Shown in pieces: positions 7,617 to 17,136 of a stretch of 39,292 bases of DNA. Under the pieces are notes generated by a model. The model was not told where the DNA came from, made no database searches, and worked only from the letters and a program-made list of their open reading frames with translations. The DNA is taken from the NCBI GenBank assembly GCA_022844165.1, contig JALHMH010000033.1, forward strand, positions 11,865 through 51,156, written 5' to 3'. The DNA comes from Lysobacterales bacterium (GTDB taxonomy: Bacteria > Pseudomonadota > Gammaproteobacteria > Xanthomonadales > SZUA-5). The position numbers were made by a program, and so were the translations under genes. Within the stretch, counting starts at the first letter, position 1; every line of letters starts with the position of its first letter.

Positions 7617-9341
7617 TCACGGCATTCGCAGAATTTCCGCCACCGCATCGGCATTGCTTGCGGCCAGGATGTCGCGCTTGAGCATCATCAGCGGTTTTCT
7701 GTGCAGCCGGGACAATGCTTCCTTCAGTTCCAGAATACCGCGAGGATGAAGGCTGAAGTCCCGTAACCCGAGCGCCAGCAACAAGGCAGTAAAGCGTGTA
7801 TCGCCTGCCATCTCGCCGCACAAGGCGACCGGTTTTCGATACGCTTGCGCGGTATCGATTACCGCGCTGATCAAGCGCAGAACTGCCGGATGCAGCGGGT
7901 CGTACCAGCGCGCGACGGCCTGATTGGCTCGATCCGTGGCGAGCGTGTACTGGATAAGATCATTGGTGCCGATCGACACGAAATCCAGGATGTCCAAGAG
8001 CTGCGGTGCGGCCAGCGCTGCGGCAGGGACTTCGATCATGCCCCCGATCGCGATATCAGCTTTACAGCGCACCCCGGCAGCGTCCAATTCCTCGGCAATT
8101 TCGCGCACCAGTTTGCGCGTCTGAAGCACGTCTTCGCAGCCATTAATCATCGGCAACAACAGATTCGTCGGGCCGAAAACAGCGGCCCGGAGAATCGCTC
8201 GCAACTGCGTCCGAAAAATGTCCGGGAATTTCAGGCTCAGACGAATGCCGCGCAGGCCCAGCGCAGGATTGGGTTCGTGCGGATCCTGACCAAGATTGAG
8301 CTGTTTGTCGGCACCGATGTCGAGTGTACGAAAGGTAACGGGTTTGCCATCCATCAGCCGGATCGTCGCAACACAAGCTTCGTATTGCTCGTCTTCGTCT
8401 GGCGCCGTTTGGCGATTGAGATACAAGAACTCAGTGCGGAACAAACCCACACCCGCCGCGCCATTGCGCAACGCCATTTGGATGTCTTTGCTCTGTTCGG
8501 CATTGGCCCATAGCGCAATGGGCGATTCGTCCGCCGTACGCGGCGCGATTCCTGCGAGCCGCAGTAGCGAAGTTTGCCGTCTGCGCTGTTCCGCCTGCCG
8601 CTCGCGGTAACGCGACAATCGTTCGCCATCGGGATCAATCAGCGCGAAACCCCGCTCACCGTCAACGATCAGCAACTGCCCTTCTTGCACCATCTGCCGC
8701 GCACCGCGCACACCGACAATGCACGGCACACCCATCGATCGCGCGAGAATCGAACTGTGGGACTGAGGGCCGCCCGTCTCGATCATGAATGCAGCCAGGC
8801 CACGTTCGGCCAGGCCAGAAAGTTCCGCCGGTTCAATGTCGTCGGCGACAATTACGGTATCGGCAAGCGAGTCTTCTTCCGTGACGAGTGTTCTGGAATC
8901 GCGGTTTGCCAACGCGCCAGCGATGCGTCTCGCGACCTGATCGACGTCATCGCGGCGCGATCTGAAATAGTCGTCTTGCATTTGCTCGAAAGCGACCAGC
9001 AATTGATCCCGAGCCTGCTTAAGCGCCCACTCCGCGTTACAGGCGCGACCGCGAATGAACTCGACGGGCGCTTCGACCAAGGCGTCGTCTTCAAGCATCA
9101 ATAAATGCGTCTCAATGAACTCGCGAACTTCGCTCGAGACCTGCTGTTCGAGCCGATCGGCCACGACGCGCAAACCGGCCCGGGCTTGCGCAACCGCACT
9201 GCGAAATCGCTCGATTTCCGCACCGATCTGATCGGGCTCGAGGGTATATTCCGGCGTCTCCACGCCGCCTGACTCCAGCACCCGCGCGCGGCCGATGCCG
9301 ATGCCCTTTGACGCTGCCTGTCCGCTCAGCAGCAGCGCCAT
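7617..9341 (-). CDS. ptsI: PTS enzyme I (PEP-protein phosphotransferase)
   Basis: GGPQSHSSILAR phospho-His motif, GVGLFRTEFLY, EPNPALGLRGIR, SIGTNDLIQY, CGEMAGD. Confidence 0.96.
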   Translation of the reverse strand: MALLLSGQAASKGIGIGRARVLESGGVETPEYTLEPDQIGAEIERFRSAVAQARAGLRVVADRLEQQVSSEVREFIETHLLMLEDDALVEAPVEFIRGRACNAEWALKQARDQLLVAFEQMQDDYFRSRRDDVDQVARRIAGALANRDSRTLVTEEDSLADTVIVADDIEPAELSGLAERGLAAFMIETGGPQSHSSILARSMGVPCIVGVRGARQMVQEGQLLIVDGERGFALIDPDGERLSRYRERQAEQRRRQTSLLRLAGIAPRTADESPIALWANAEQSKDIQMALRNGAAGVGLFRTEFLYLNRQTAPDEDEQYEACVATIRLMDGKPVTFRTLDIGADKQLNLGQDPHEPNPALGLRGIRLSLKFPDIFRTQLRAILRAAVFGPTNLLLPMINGCEDVLQTRKLVREIAEELDAAGVRCKADIAIGGMIEVPAAALAAPQLLDILDFVSIGTNDLIQYTLATDRANQAVARWYDPLHPAVLRLISAVIDTAQAYRKPVALCGEMAGDTRFTALLLALGLRDFSLHPRGILELKEALSRLHRKPLMMLKRDILAASNADAVAEILRMP

Positions 9342-9371
9342 ATCAGGCCAGCTCTTTTGCGCGCGGCGCCA

Positions 9372-9641
9372 TCAGTCCGCCTCATCGAATCGGCGCTCGA
9401 ACAGTTCCACGACAGCGTCGAGTGCCGCTTGTTCGTCGTCGCCCTGAGTGCGCACAGTGAGTGTCGTGCCCTTGCCTGCCGCGAGCATCATGACTCCCAG
9501 AATACTCTGGGCGTTTACCTCCCTGCCCTTGCACAACAAACTAACGCGTGCCGCGAACCGGCCACTGGTTTGCACCAGTTTGGCAGCGGCGCGTGCGTGC
9601 AAACCCAGGCGGTTGCTAACGATGATTTCGCGCTCAACCAT
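9372..9641 (-). CDS. ptsH: Phosphocarrier protein HPr
   Basis: NRLGLHARAAAKLV (His15) and NAQSILGVMML (Ser46); 89 aa from ATG 9641. Confidence 0.95.
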   Translation of the reverse strand: MVEREIIVSNRLGLHARAAAKLVQTSGRFAARVSLLCKGREVNAQSILGVMMLAAGKGTTLTVRTQGDDEQAALDAVVELFERRFDEAD

Positions 9642-10023
9642 CGCCAATGACTCCATTCCGTCCGCCATCGCGCGCGACGGCAACGAGGCCATCGAGGTCC
9701 TTCTCCGCATAATTGAATACACGCAGGAGCATCGGCAGATTCAAACCTGCCACACGCGCAACCGTCCGTCCCGGTTCCTGGCTCGCAGACATGTTGTAAG
9801 GTGATGCGCCGTACAGATCCACAAGAGCGAGCACACCCTGCCCTTGATCCAGGTCGCGGAGTTCCTGGTTTAAACGACGTGAGTAAGCGTCTCGATCGTC
9901 GACATCCCACGGCACCTCGAAGACCGACACCTTCAGCGGCATGATCCGCAACACACGCTGCGCAGCGTCGAGCATGCTGCTGCCGATACCTGGGTGCGTC
10001 ACGAGAAGCACACCTACGCTCAT
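9634..10023 (-). CDS. PTS EIIA, mannose/fructose family
   Basis: MSVGVLLVTH, LVDLYGASPYN, GLNLPML; ATG overlaps the rapZ stop codon. Confidence 0.92.
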   Translation of the reverse strand: MSVGVLLVTHPGIGSSMLDAAQRVLRIMPLKVSVFEVPWDVDDRDAYSRRLNQELRDLDQGQGVLALVDLYGASPYNMSASQEPGRTVARVAGLNLPMLLRVFNYAEKDLDGLVAVARDGGRNGVIGDG

Positions 10024-10895
10024 GCCAGCTCCCGATGAAAACACAGCACTTCGCCGCCCAGTGCGCGAAAACGCTGCTGCAGAATTTCGGCGATGTAAAC
10101 AGAGCGATGGCGGCCGCCCGTACAACCAACGGCGACGGTCAAATAGCTGCGCTCGGAAGGATCGAAACGCGGCAACCAACGTTTCAGGAAGCGCTCGACA
10201 TCGTCGGCAAACTCACCCACCTCTGGGCGAGACTCAAAATACTCGCGCACAGCAGCATCGCGCCCGGAAAGAGGTCGGAGCCGCGATTCCCAATGAGGAT
10301 TCGGCAATGCACGTGCATCGAATACAAAATCGGCCTCGCTCGGCACGCCTCGCTTGAAGGCGAAGGATTCGAATAGCAGCGACACACCGCTTGCCGAAAT
10401 TCCAAGCACTTCCAGGATGCGTCGGCGCAATTGATACACGTTGATATCGCTGGTGTCGATTTCGGCGTCGGCGATTTGTTTGAGCGGCTTGAGCAATGCC
10501 CTTTCGCGCGCAATCGCATCACTTAGCGACAGGCCTTCGCAGCCCAGCGGATGACGCCGCCGACTCTCGCTATACCGTTTCAACAAAGCCATGTCGTCGG
10601 CGTCGAGAAACAGCAAGAATGGCGGAAAGCCCATTTCTGCCAACGTAGAGAACGCTTGCGGTAATTCCGCGCTGGCGGCACCCGCAGTCCGCGCGTCGAT
10701 ACCTACGGCAACGCGCGAATAGCTGCCTTCACTCTTCGCCAGCGTGTGCTCGGCAAGTGTCCGCAACAAACCCGCCGGAAGGTTGTCGATGCAATAAAAA
10801 CCCAGATCTTCCAGCGTGTGCAGGGCCACTGTTTTTCCGGAACCCGACAGTCCCGATACCACAACAAAGCGTACCTTAGGGGCTGCCGCATTCAT
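10020..10895 (-). CDS. rapZ: RNase adapter RapZ (P-loop)
   Basis: SGLSGSGKT, FYCIDNLP, FVFDARALPNP, GCTGGRHRSV. Confidence 0.95.
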   Translation of the reverse strand: MNAAAPKVRFVVVSGLSGSGKTVALHTLEDLGFYCIDNLPAGLLRTLAEHTLAKSEGSYSRVAVGIDARTAGAASAELPQAFSTLAEMGFPPFLLFLDADDMALLKRYSESRRRHPLGCEGLSLSDAIARERALLKPLKQIADAEIDTSDINVYQLRRRILEVLGISASGVSLLFESFAFKRGVPSEADFVFDARALPNPHWESRLRPLSGRDAAVREYFESRPEVGEFADDVERFLKRWLPRFDPSERSYLTVAVGCTGGRHRSVYIAEILQQRFRALGGEVLCFHRELA

Positions 10896-11845
10896 GGCCG
10901 TGCGCGCCTCATTTGGTGTGCCTGCCGATCGATAAACGTCTGCGCAGCGTCAAATCCTTTGCTCTTGAGAACGTGGTTTCGTACGGCTGCCTCGACAAGC
11001 ACAGCCAGGTTGCGGCCTGGCGCAACCGGGATCACCAACCGCGGAATCTCAACATCAAACACCTTGAGCGTGCTGACGTCGCCGTAGAGTCGCTTCATCC
11101 CATCGTTGTCCCCGTCGGCCACCATAGGCCCCAAGTGCACGATCAAACGCAAGTACTTGTTTCGCTTGACTGCCGTATCGCCGAACATCTCGCGCACATT
11201 GAGCACACCGAGGCCACGAACTTCCAGGCAATCTTGCAACAATTCGGGGCATGTGCCGTCGATGACATCCGGTGCAATCAGCGTGAACTCAGGCGCATCG
11301 TCGGCAATCAGGCGATGACCACGGGTCATCAACTCCAAGGCCAGTTCGCTTTTGCCGGCGCCTGCGTCGCCGGTGATCAGCACGCCGATCGAATACACCT
11401 CAAGAAATACGCCATGGAGGGAGCCACGCGGCGCAAGCGCCCGCGCCAGGTGATATTGCAAGTACGTCAGAACATCATGTCCTCGCTTTGGCGTGCGCCA
11501 AACCGGGACATGCGCAGCGCGCGCCGCTGCAAGAAGATCGTCGGGCGGTTCGATCGGTTTGGTGAGAACGATGGCCGACGGCGACAATTTCATCATGCGC
11601 TTGAGTGTGCTGCGGCGCTGAGCGACTGACTGGCCATCCAAATAGGCAATTTCCTCGCTGCCAAGCAGTTGGATCTTGTTCGGGTGAATAAGATTCAGAT
11701 AGCCAACCAGAGCCGGGCGACGCGATCGACCTTCGCCGATCTCGATGGTTCGATCGCCGCCTTCATGCGCAACCAACCAGGTCAGATCAAGACGCGTACG
11801 CACGTCATCGAATAACTGATGGCTGCTGATCGAGCGCGGGCTCAT
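10892..11845 (-). CDS. hprK: HPr kinase/phosphorylase
   Basis: HGVFLEV, GDAGAGKSELALEL, GHRLIADD, LEVRGLG, PVAPGRNLA. Confidence 0.96.
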   Translation of the reverse strand: MSPRSISSHQLFDDVRTRLDLTWLVAHEGGDRTIEIGEGRSRRPALVGYLNLIHPNKIQLLGSEEIAYLDGQSVAQRRSTLKRMMKLSPSAIVLTKPIEPPDDLLAAARAAHVPVWRTPKRGHDVLTYLQYHLARALAPRGSLHGVFLEVYSIGVLITGDAGAGKSELALELMTRGHRLIADDAPEFTLIAPDVIDGTCPELLQDCLEVRGLGVLNVREMFGDTAVKRNKYLRLIVHLGPMVADGDNDGMKRLYGDVSTLKVFDVEIPRLVIPVAPGRNLAVLVEAAVRNHVLKSKGFDAAQTFIDRQAHQMRRARP

Positions 11846-12315
11846 CCGTCAGTTGCCCTCAGCGTATGCGCGCTCAGGACCTCAAACAGCTCGGCATTGC
11901 CTTTGGCGCCTCGAAGCTGCGCACAAACGTCGCCGCGGCTGAACAGTTCGGCAACCTGAGCCAGCAGCTCCAGATGCTGGTTCGTGAAATGATCCGGCAC
12001 AATCAGTGCCAGGACCAGGTCGACCGGATCGCCGTCGGCCGCATCGAAATCGAGCGGCTTGGCCAGGCGAAAGAATGCAGCGGTGGGCGCAATGTCCGCG
12101 GCGACCCGACCATGAGGAATCGCCACGCCACCGCCGAGCCCTGTTGAACCCAGATGTTCGCGCGCGACCAGCGACTCGAATACGAGGCGCTCAAAGTCGC
12201 CTCCTTCGGAGTCGCTGCACAGCGTGCCGGCGGCAAATTCCAGCAAGCGCTTCTTGCTGGCCAGTTTGGCGTCGGCGATCACGCGCCGACGTGTCAGAAG
12301 GTCGATCAGGTGCAT
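11842..12315 (-). CDS. ptsN: PTS EIIA-Ntr
   Basis: REHLGSTGLGGGVAIPHGR, FDAADGDPVDL; expected position in the rpoN operon. Confidence 0.93.
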   Translation of the reverse strand: MHLIDLLTRRRVIADAKLASKKRLLEFAAGTLCSDSEGGDFERLVFESLVAREHLGSTGLGGGVAIPHGRVAADIAPTAAFFRLAKPLDFDAADGDPVDLVLALIVPDHFTNQHLELLAQVAELFSRGDVCAQLRGAKGNAELFEVLSAHTLRATDG

Positions 12316-12327
12316 TCGCCAGGTACT

Positions 12328-12636
12328 TCAGCCATTCGCCGCCGCGCGGTGCTCATGGCTCCGCTCTTTATGGCGAACCAATTGCCGTTGGAGCTTGTCG
12401 ATCAAGCCATCGATCGCAGCGTAGGCATCCTGCCCTTCCGCTTTGGCAAACACCTTTTTGCCGCTCAGATGCACGTTGGCTTCCGCATATTGGGCCAATT
12501 TCTCTGCCCCCATGATGACGTGTGCATCAATGACCTTCTCGAAAGGTTCCAGCAGGTGTTGCATCTTGTTCGTAGCATATGCACGCAGCGCTTCGGTGAT
12601 CTCCAGCTGGTGACCCGAGATAGTGAGATTCATCAT
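12328..12636 (-). CDS. hpf: Ribosome hibernation promoting factor (HPF/RaiA family)
   Basis: MNLTISGHQLEITEALRAY, DAYAAIDGLIDKL; AAGGAG RBS at 12641-12646; immediately downstream of rpoN. Confidence 0.93.
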   Translation of the reverse strand: MMNLTISGHQLEITEALRAYATNKMQHLLEPFEKVIDAHVIMGAEKLAQYAEANVHLSGKKVFAKAEGQDAYAAIDGLIDKLQRQLVRHKERSHEHRAAANG

Positions 12637-12697
12637 TCAACTCCTTGTAACTGCTCACACATAACCTCGCTCCTCGCGAGGGCCGCCGCGCTCGAAC

Positions 12698-14125
12698 TCA
12701 GCCCCGAACGCGTTCGTTGGAAGACGGTATTCGCAGCGCCTCACGATACTTCGCGACGGTGCGTCTGGCTACCAGAATGCCTCGTCTCTTGAGCTCATCA
12801 GCAATAGCGCTGTCCGACAGGGGCTTTTGCGGGGCCTCTTCGTCGATCAGTTTCTTGATCATCGCCTGGATCGCAGTACTTGAAGCTTCGCCGCCATCTC
12901 TGGTTGCCACATGGCTCGAGAAAAAATACTTGAACTCAAGGGTACCTCTGGGCGAGTGCAAGTACTTGCGCGTGGTGACCCGGCTGACAGTGGACTCGTG
13001 CATGCCGATTTCATCAGCCACTTCGCGTAGCACCATGGGCTTCATGGCTTCTGCGCCAAGCTCGAAGAATGCTGACTGCCGTTCGACAATGACGCGCGCA
13101 ACTTTGAGTACCGTTTGTTCGCGCTGTTCCAGGCTTTTCAGCAGCCAACGCGCTTCCTGTAACTGGCCCTTCAGCGCCGTACCTTCGTCGCGGCCACATT
13201 TGCGCAACAGGTTGGCGTACAAATCGTTGACTCTGATTTTTGGCGCCGCCGCTGGATTCAGGCTCACGTCCCAGCGACCTGTACGTTTAAATACGAATAC
13301 GTCCGGAATGACGTGTTCGGCCTTCGATGGTGAAAAATGCGCTCCAGGCCTGGGGCAGCAACGACGCAACAAGGCAACCGCCGCCTCGATCGAACACTCT
13401 GAGGTTCCCAGTTCGCGCGCAAGCCGGCTACGATCGGGTCGCGACAGCGCTTCAAGGTGCCTGTCGGCGATACGGACTGCAAGGGAAAACGCAACTTCCT
13501 CTGACCACTGCGACAATTGCACCGTCAAACAATCGCGAAGGTCACGGCTTGCTACGCCGATCGGGTCCAGTTGCTGCACATAGTGGCGTGCGGCCTCCAC
13601 TTCGTCCGGTTCAATCTGCATAGGCCGAACAGCGTCGATGATGATCTCGTCCGGTTCGCGTAGATAGCCGTCTTCATCCAGGGCTTCGATGATCGCAATC
13701 GCGATGGTCCGATCGCGCGCGCTGAGAGGCGAGAGGTGGACTTGCCAAAGCAAATGATCAATCAACAAGGGTATGTCGGCTTCCCGATCATGTGCCTCGC
13801 GGTCATCCTCGGCATCGTCATTCTTGTGCCCACTGCCGAAGTCAGGAATATCGAGAAGATCTTCGACGCTATCGGGTTCCCTTTCGTCGCGCTCCTGAGC
13901 TTCAGCCTGTGCGCCTTCGCTGGTTTCGACGCTACCGGTAGCGTCGCTCTCCGCGGCAGGAACGTCAGGCGAATCCTCCCACTCAAGCATTGGGTTGTCT
14001 TCAACCGCCTGCATCAGTTCGGACTGGAGTTCAATCGTTGACAGCGTGAGCAGACGGATAGCCTGCTTAAGCTGCGGAGTCAGCGTCAGCGACTGACCAA
14101 CACGCAATTGCAAAGCCGGCTTCAT
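12698..14125 (-). CDS. rpoN: RNA polymerase sigma-54 factor
   Basis: LTPQLKQAIRLL region I, HESTVSRVT HTH, and RpoN box ARRTVAKYRE. Confidence 0.98.
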   Translation of the reverse strand: MKPALQLRVGQSLTLTPQLKQAIRLLTLSTIELQSELMQAVEDNPMLEWEDSPDVPAAESDATGSVETSEGAQAEAQERDEREPDSVEDLLDIPDFGSGHKNDDAEDDREAHDREADIPLLIDHLLWQVHLSPLSARDRTIAIAIIEALDEDGYLREPDEIIIDAVRPMQIEPDEVEAARHYVQQLDPIGVASRDLRDCLTVQLSQWSEEVAFSLAVRIADRHLEALSRPDRSRLARELGTSECSIEAAVALLRRCCPRPGAHFSPSKAEHVIPDVFVFKRTGRWDVSLNPAAAPKIRVNDLYANLLRKCGRDEGTALKGQLQEARWLLKSLEQREQTVLKVARVIVERQSAFFELGAEAMKPMVLREVADEIGMHESTVSRVTTRKYLHSPRGTLEFKYFFSSHVATRDGGEASSTAIQAMIKKLIDEEAPQKPLSDSAIADELKRRGILVARRTVAKYREALRIPSSNERVRG

Positions 14126-14165
14126 GCGAGGATATGGCGGTACGACATCGGGTTAGCATGGCGCT

Positions 14166-14184
14166 TTGGCATATGGCTTGCCAA
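14166..14184. promoter_or_regulatory. Palindromic sigma54 (-24/-12)-like site readable on both strands
   Basis: Plus strand TTGGCATATGGCTTGCC and minus strand TTGGCAAGCCATATGCC both have GG-N10-GC; lies between divergent rpoN and the gene at 14249. Confidence 0.6.
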
Positions 14185-14248
14185 GCGATTTCGCAGTGCA
14201 AATTCTGATGAACCCGCTTGACAATTCACACCGATCATCGAGAGCTGT

Positions 14249-14992
14249 ATGCAACGCATACTGGAAATTTTCGCCAATCTGGCACTTCGAAGGCTCCGTG
14301 CGCCGGTGCGCATGAGCATTCGTGCCGTTGCCGCCCTTCAGCCAGACGAAATCGCCGAACTGCATACCCTCGCCAACAGTCTCATGGCTGAGGACCTCGC
14401 ACAGTTCACGCGCCACGTTGCCGCCAACGATGTCGTCCATGTTTTTCGTGACCGGGATGGCGCTGTGCTGGGCTTTCAGTTCTGGCGCCGCGGCGTGACC
14501 GATGGAATCCAGTTTGTGATGGGAGGCAAACTTCGAATGCACCCGAGCATTCGTCGCCGAGCATTGCATTTGTTTTCGGGGCTCCTTTATTACTTCGAGC
14601 GTCGCCTGGCGATGCCGTTCACGCCGATGGTGAGGCTGTCTATCGCCGCTATCTTCGGTTTCGTATCAATTACTGAAGCGCTGGCACACTACGAGTTCTA
14701 TCCGGCCAGCGAGCGCCACAAGGACTATGCAAAGATCAATGCCGCGTTCGAACGGATGGCCGGATATAGCAATTTTACGATTCGCCCGGATCATACGTTT
14801 TTCGTCAACATCTACCCAACGCCGGAGACTCTCTCGGCCTATCCTGACGAGTACTTCGAGCGCCCTGCCGCCCGCGCCTACCAGTCGGCCAATCCGGAAT
14901 TTCGTCGCTCGGGGTGTTACGTTGGTTTCTGGTTCCGCTTCGACGCAAGCAATCTGGGCAGCCTGTGGCGCGCGATTCGTCGTCGAAACTGA
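14249..14992 (+). CDS. Hypothetical protein, possibly GNAT-like fold
   Basis: 247-aa ORF fills the gap between genes. VHVFRDRDGAVLGFQFW and KLRMHPSIRRRAL resemble GNAT strands and the acyl-CoA-binding loop (inference). Confidence 0.65.
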   Translation: MQRILEIFANLALRRLRAPVRMSIRAVAALQPDEIAELHTLANSLMAEDLAQFTRHVAANDVVHVFRDRDGAVLGFQFWRRGVTDGIQFVMGGKLRMHPSIRRRALHLFSGLLYYFERRLAMPFTPMVRLSIAAIFGFVSITEALAHYEFYPASERHKDYAKINAAFERMAGYSNFTIRPDHTFFVNIYPTPETLSAYPDEYFERPAARAYQSANPEFRRSGCYVGFWFRFDASNLGSLWRAIRRRN

Positions 14993-15087
14993 GCAACTGC
15001 GATGCGCTGGCCTGATCGATAAAGCAAATGCTCTAGCCGGTCACCGAACAATCGCGCGCAATTTTGTTGACTAGGGTTCGGCGCACC

Positions 15088-16662
15088 GTGCAGTTCGACT
15101 ACATCATCGTTGGTGCGGGATCGGCGGGTTGTGTTCTGGCGGATCGTCTGAGCGCCGGTGGTCGGCACCGGGTGCTACTGCTGGAGGCAGGCGGCAAGGA
15201 CTGGCACCCTTTCATCCATATGCCCGCGGGACTGGCCAAACTCGTCAACAACCAGTCGATTAACTGGAACTTCAGCACTGAACCGGAGCCGAATCTCAAC
15301 CACCGAAAACTGTACTGGCCACGCGGAAAGGTATTAGGCGGATCGAGCTCCATCAACGCGATGTGCTACATCCGCGGTCAACGTGCCGATTACGATGCGT
15401 GGGCCTCGGCTGGCAACCATGGCTGGAGCTTTGCCGAAGTCCTGCCACTATTTCGGCGGTCTGAAGCCAATACCCGTGGCGCAGACGCCGTACACGGCGA
15501 CACCGGACCACTCGCGGTAGACGATCTGATTCACACCAACCCGCTCAGTCACGCCTTTCTGGCGGCGGCGCAACAAGCCGGTTACCCCCGCAATGACGAC
15601 TTCAACAGCGGCGACCAGACCGGGTTTGGCTTCTACCAGGTGACTCAGCGCAATGGCCGACGCTGGAGCACCGCGGCCGGCTATCTCAAAAACGCGCAAG
15701 AGCGCGCAAATTTCTCGTTGATCACCAAAGCACAGGTGCTTCGCATCCGTTTCGATCGGGATCGTGCGATTGGTGTGGACGTACGCATCGGACGTCGAAT
15801 CGAATACATCGAGGCGGGCAACGAAGTGCTGCTGTCGGGTGGCGCAATCAACTCGCCACAACTGCTCATGCTCTCTGGCGTCGGACCTGCAGATCAACTG
15901 CGAAAGCACGGGATCGGCGTGCGTGTGGATGCGCCAGGCGTGGGCTCGAATCTGCACGATCATCTCGACATTTGCGTACTGCAGCGCTGCACCCAGGATG
16001 TCACCTACGATCATCCTAACGATGCATTTGTAGCGTTAAAGTACTTGTTTACTCGAAGTGGTCTTGGAACCTCCAATGTCGCCGAGTGTGGTGGGTTCGT
16101 CGCTTCGCGGCACGCGACCGATGAACGCCCAGATCTACAATTCCACTTTGTGCCGGCCATGCTGGATGACCACGGCCGCAATCGACTGCCAGGACAGGGG
16201 TTCACTCTTCACGGTTGCGCGCTACGGCCCCGAAGCCGTGGCCATCTTGAACTTTCCTGCAACGATCCACTGGCCAAACCGCGCATTTACGCCAACTACT
16301 TGAGCGAGCCCGACGATCTGAAATTGCTCGTCGAATGCGTCAAAGTAGCTCGCGAGATCTTTGCGTCTGCAGCACTGAGTCCGTTCGCTGGCGACGAGTT
16401 CCTGCCTGGCGCAGACGTTAACTCAACGCCCGAGATTGAGGCTTTCGTTCGTCGCAAGGCCGAGACGATTTACCATCCGGTCGGGACTTGCAAAATGGGC
16501 CAGGATTCGTTGGCCGTCGTCGATCATCAGCTGAGAGTTCGTGGGGTTTCCGGGCTCCGGGTGGTGGACGCGTCGATCATGCCGACCTTGATCAGTGGCA
16601 ACACGAACGCACCAACGATCATGATTGCCGAAAAAGCAAGCGACATGATTCTCGATGCCTGA
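15088..16662 (+). CDS. GMC-family FAD oxidoreductase (choline dehydrogenase-like)
   Basis: DYIIVGAGSAGCVLA, PRGKVLGGSSSINAMCYIRG, YHPVGTCKMG, GLRVVDASIMP, GNTNAPTIMIAEK. GTG start at 15088. No betB or betI nearby, so betA is not asserted. Confidence 0.93.
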   Translation: MQFDYIIVGAGSAGCVLADRLSAGGRHRVLLLEAGGKDWHPFIHMPAGLAKLVNNQSINWNFSTEPEPNLNHRKLYWPRGKVLGGSSSINAMCYIRGQRADYDAWASAGNHGWSFAEVLPLFRRSEANTRGADAVHGDTGPLAVDDLIHTNPLSHAFLAAAQQAGYPRNDDFNSGDQTGFGFYQVTQRNGRRWSTAAGYLKNAQERANFSLITKAQVLRIRFDRDRAIGVDVRIGRRIEYIEAGNEVLLSGGAINSPQLLMLSGVGPADQLRKHGIGVRVDAPGVGSNLHDHLDICVLQRCTQDVTYDHPNDAFVALKYLFTRSGLGTSNVAECGGFVASRHATDERPDLQFHFVPAMLDDHGRNRLPGQGFTLHGCALRPRSRGHLELSCNDPLAKPRIYANYLSEPDDLKLLVECVKVAREIFASAALSPFAGDEFLPGADVNSTPEIEAFVRRKAETIYHPVGTCKMGQDSLAVVDHQLRVRGVSGLRVVDASIMPTLISGNTNAPTIMIAEKASDMILDA

Positions 16663-16833
16663 CGTCTACTTGTAAAAGTCGCCAATCGCACCGAGAGGCG
16701 TTTGGCGCGCTCAGCGATCCGCAGCAATATAGCCAACGCTATCGGCGTGAACCATGGATGGTTCGCTCGCGTCTCTCTTTGGCGAGTGTGGCGCTCGCTT
16801 GCTCGAACCCTCGGCGAATCCCCCTGCGCGCGA

Positions 16834-17136
16834 CTATGGCAAGCCCGGAAAGTGATCGACAATCTGAATGGTGAAATCGGGAAAGTGCTCGACCAGCTGG
16901 ATTTTGAAGTCTGGGAAGTGCTCGACCTTTTGCCACATTCCAGGCTTGTCCGGAAAGTGATCTACCCACTGAACTTTGAGATCCGGAAAGTGCAGGACTA
17001 TTTTGACTTTGTAGTCGGGAAAATGGTCTACCAACTGCACCTTGCCATAAATCGTGGCAAGCGGAATCGCCGCATCGTCTCCACGCGCTGCGACCGCAAC
17101 GAACACAGGCGCAAATAGCAGTTGTCGTCGATTCAT
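16834..17136 (-). CDS. Small exported protein with six V-x-HFPD repeats
   Basis: MNRRQLL signal-like N-terminus; approximately 11-aa repeats conserved at protein level; ATGA overlap with the kinase stop codon. Confidence 0.85.
   Translation of the reverse strand: MNRRQLLFAPVFVAVAARGDDAAIPLATIYGKVQLVDHFPDYKVKIVLHFPDLKVQWVDHFPDKPGMWQKVEHFPDFKIQLVEHFPDFTIQIVDHFPGLP

Noticed and set aside
7617-12315. HprK plus an incomplete PTS (no EIIB/EIIC) as a novel system
   Set aside because: This regulatory PTS arrangement is already known in Xanthomonadales and beta-proteobacteria.
12717-13583. 288-aa ORF antisense to rpoN
   Set aside because: Shadow ORF typical of GC-rich coding DNA, with no recognisable motifs.
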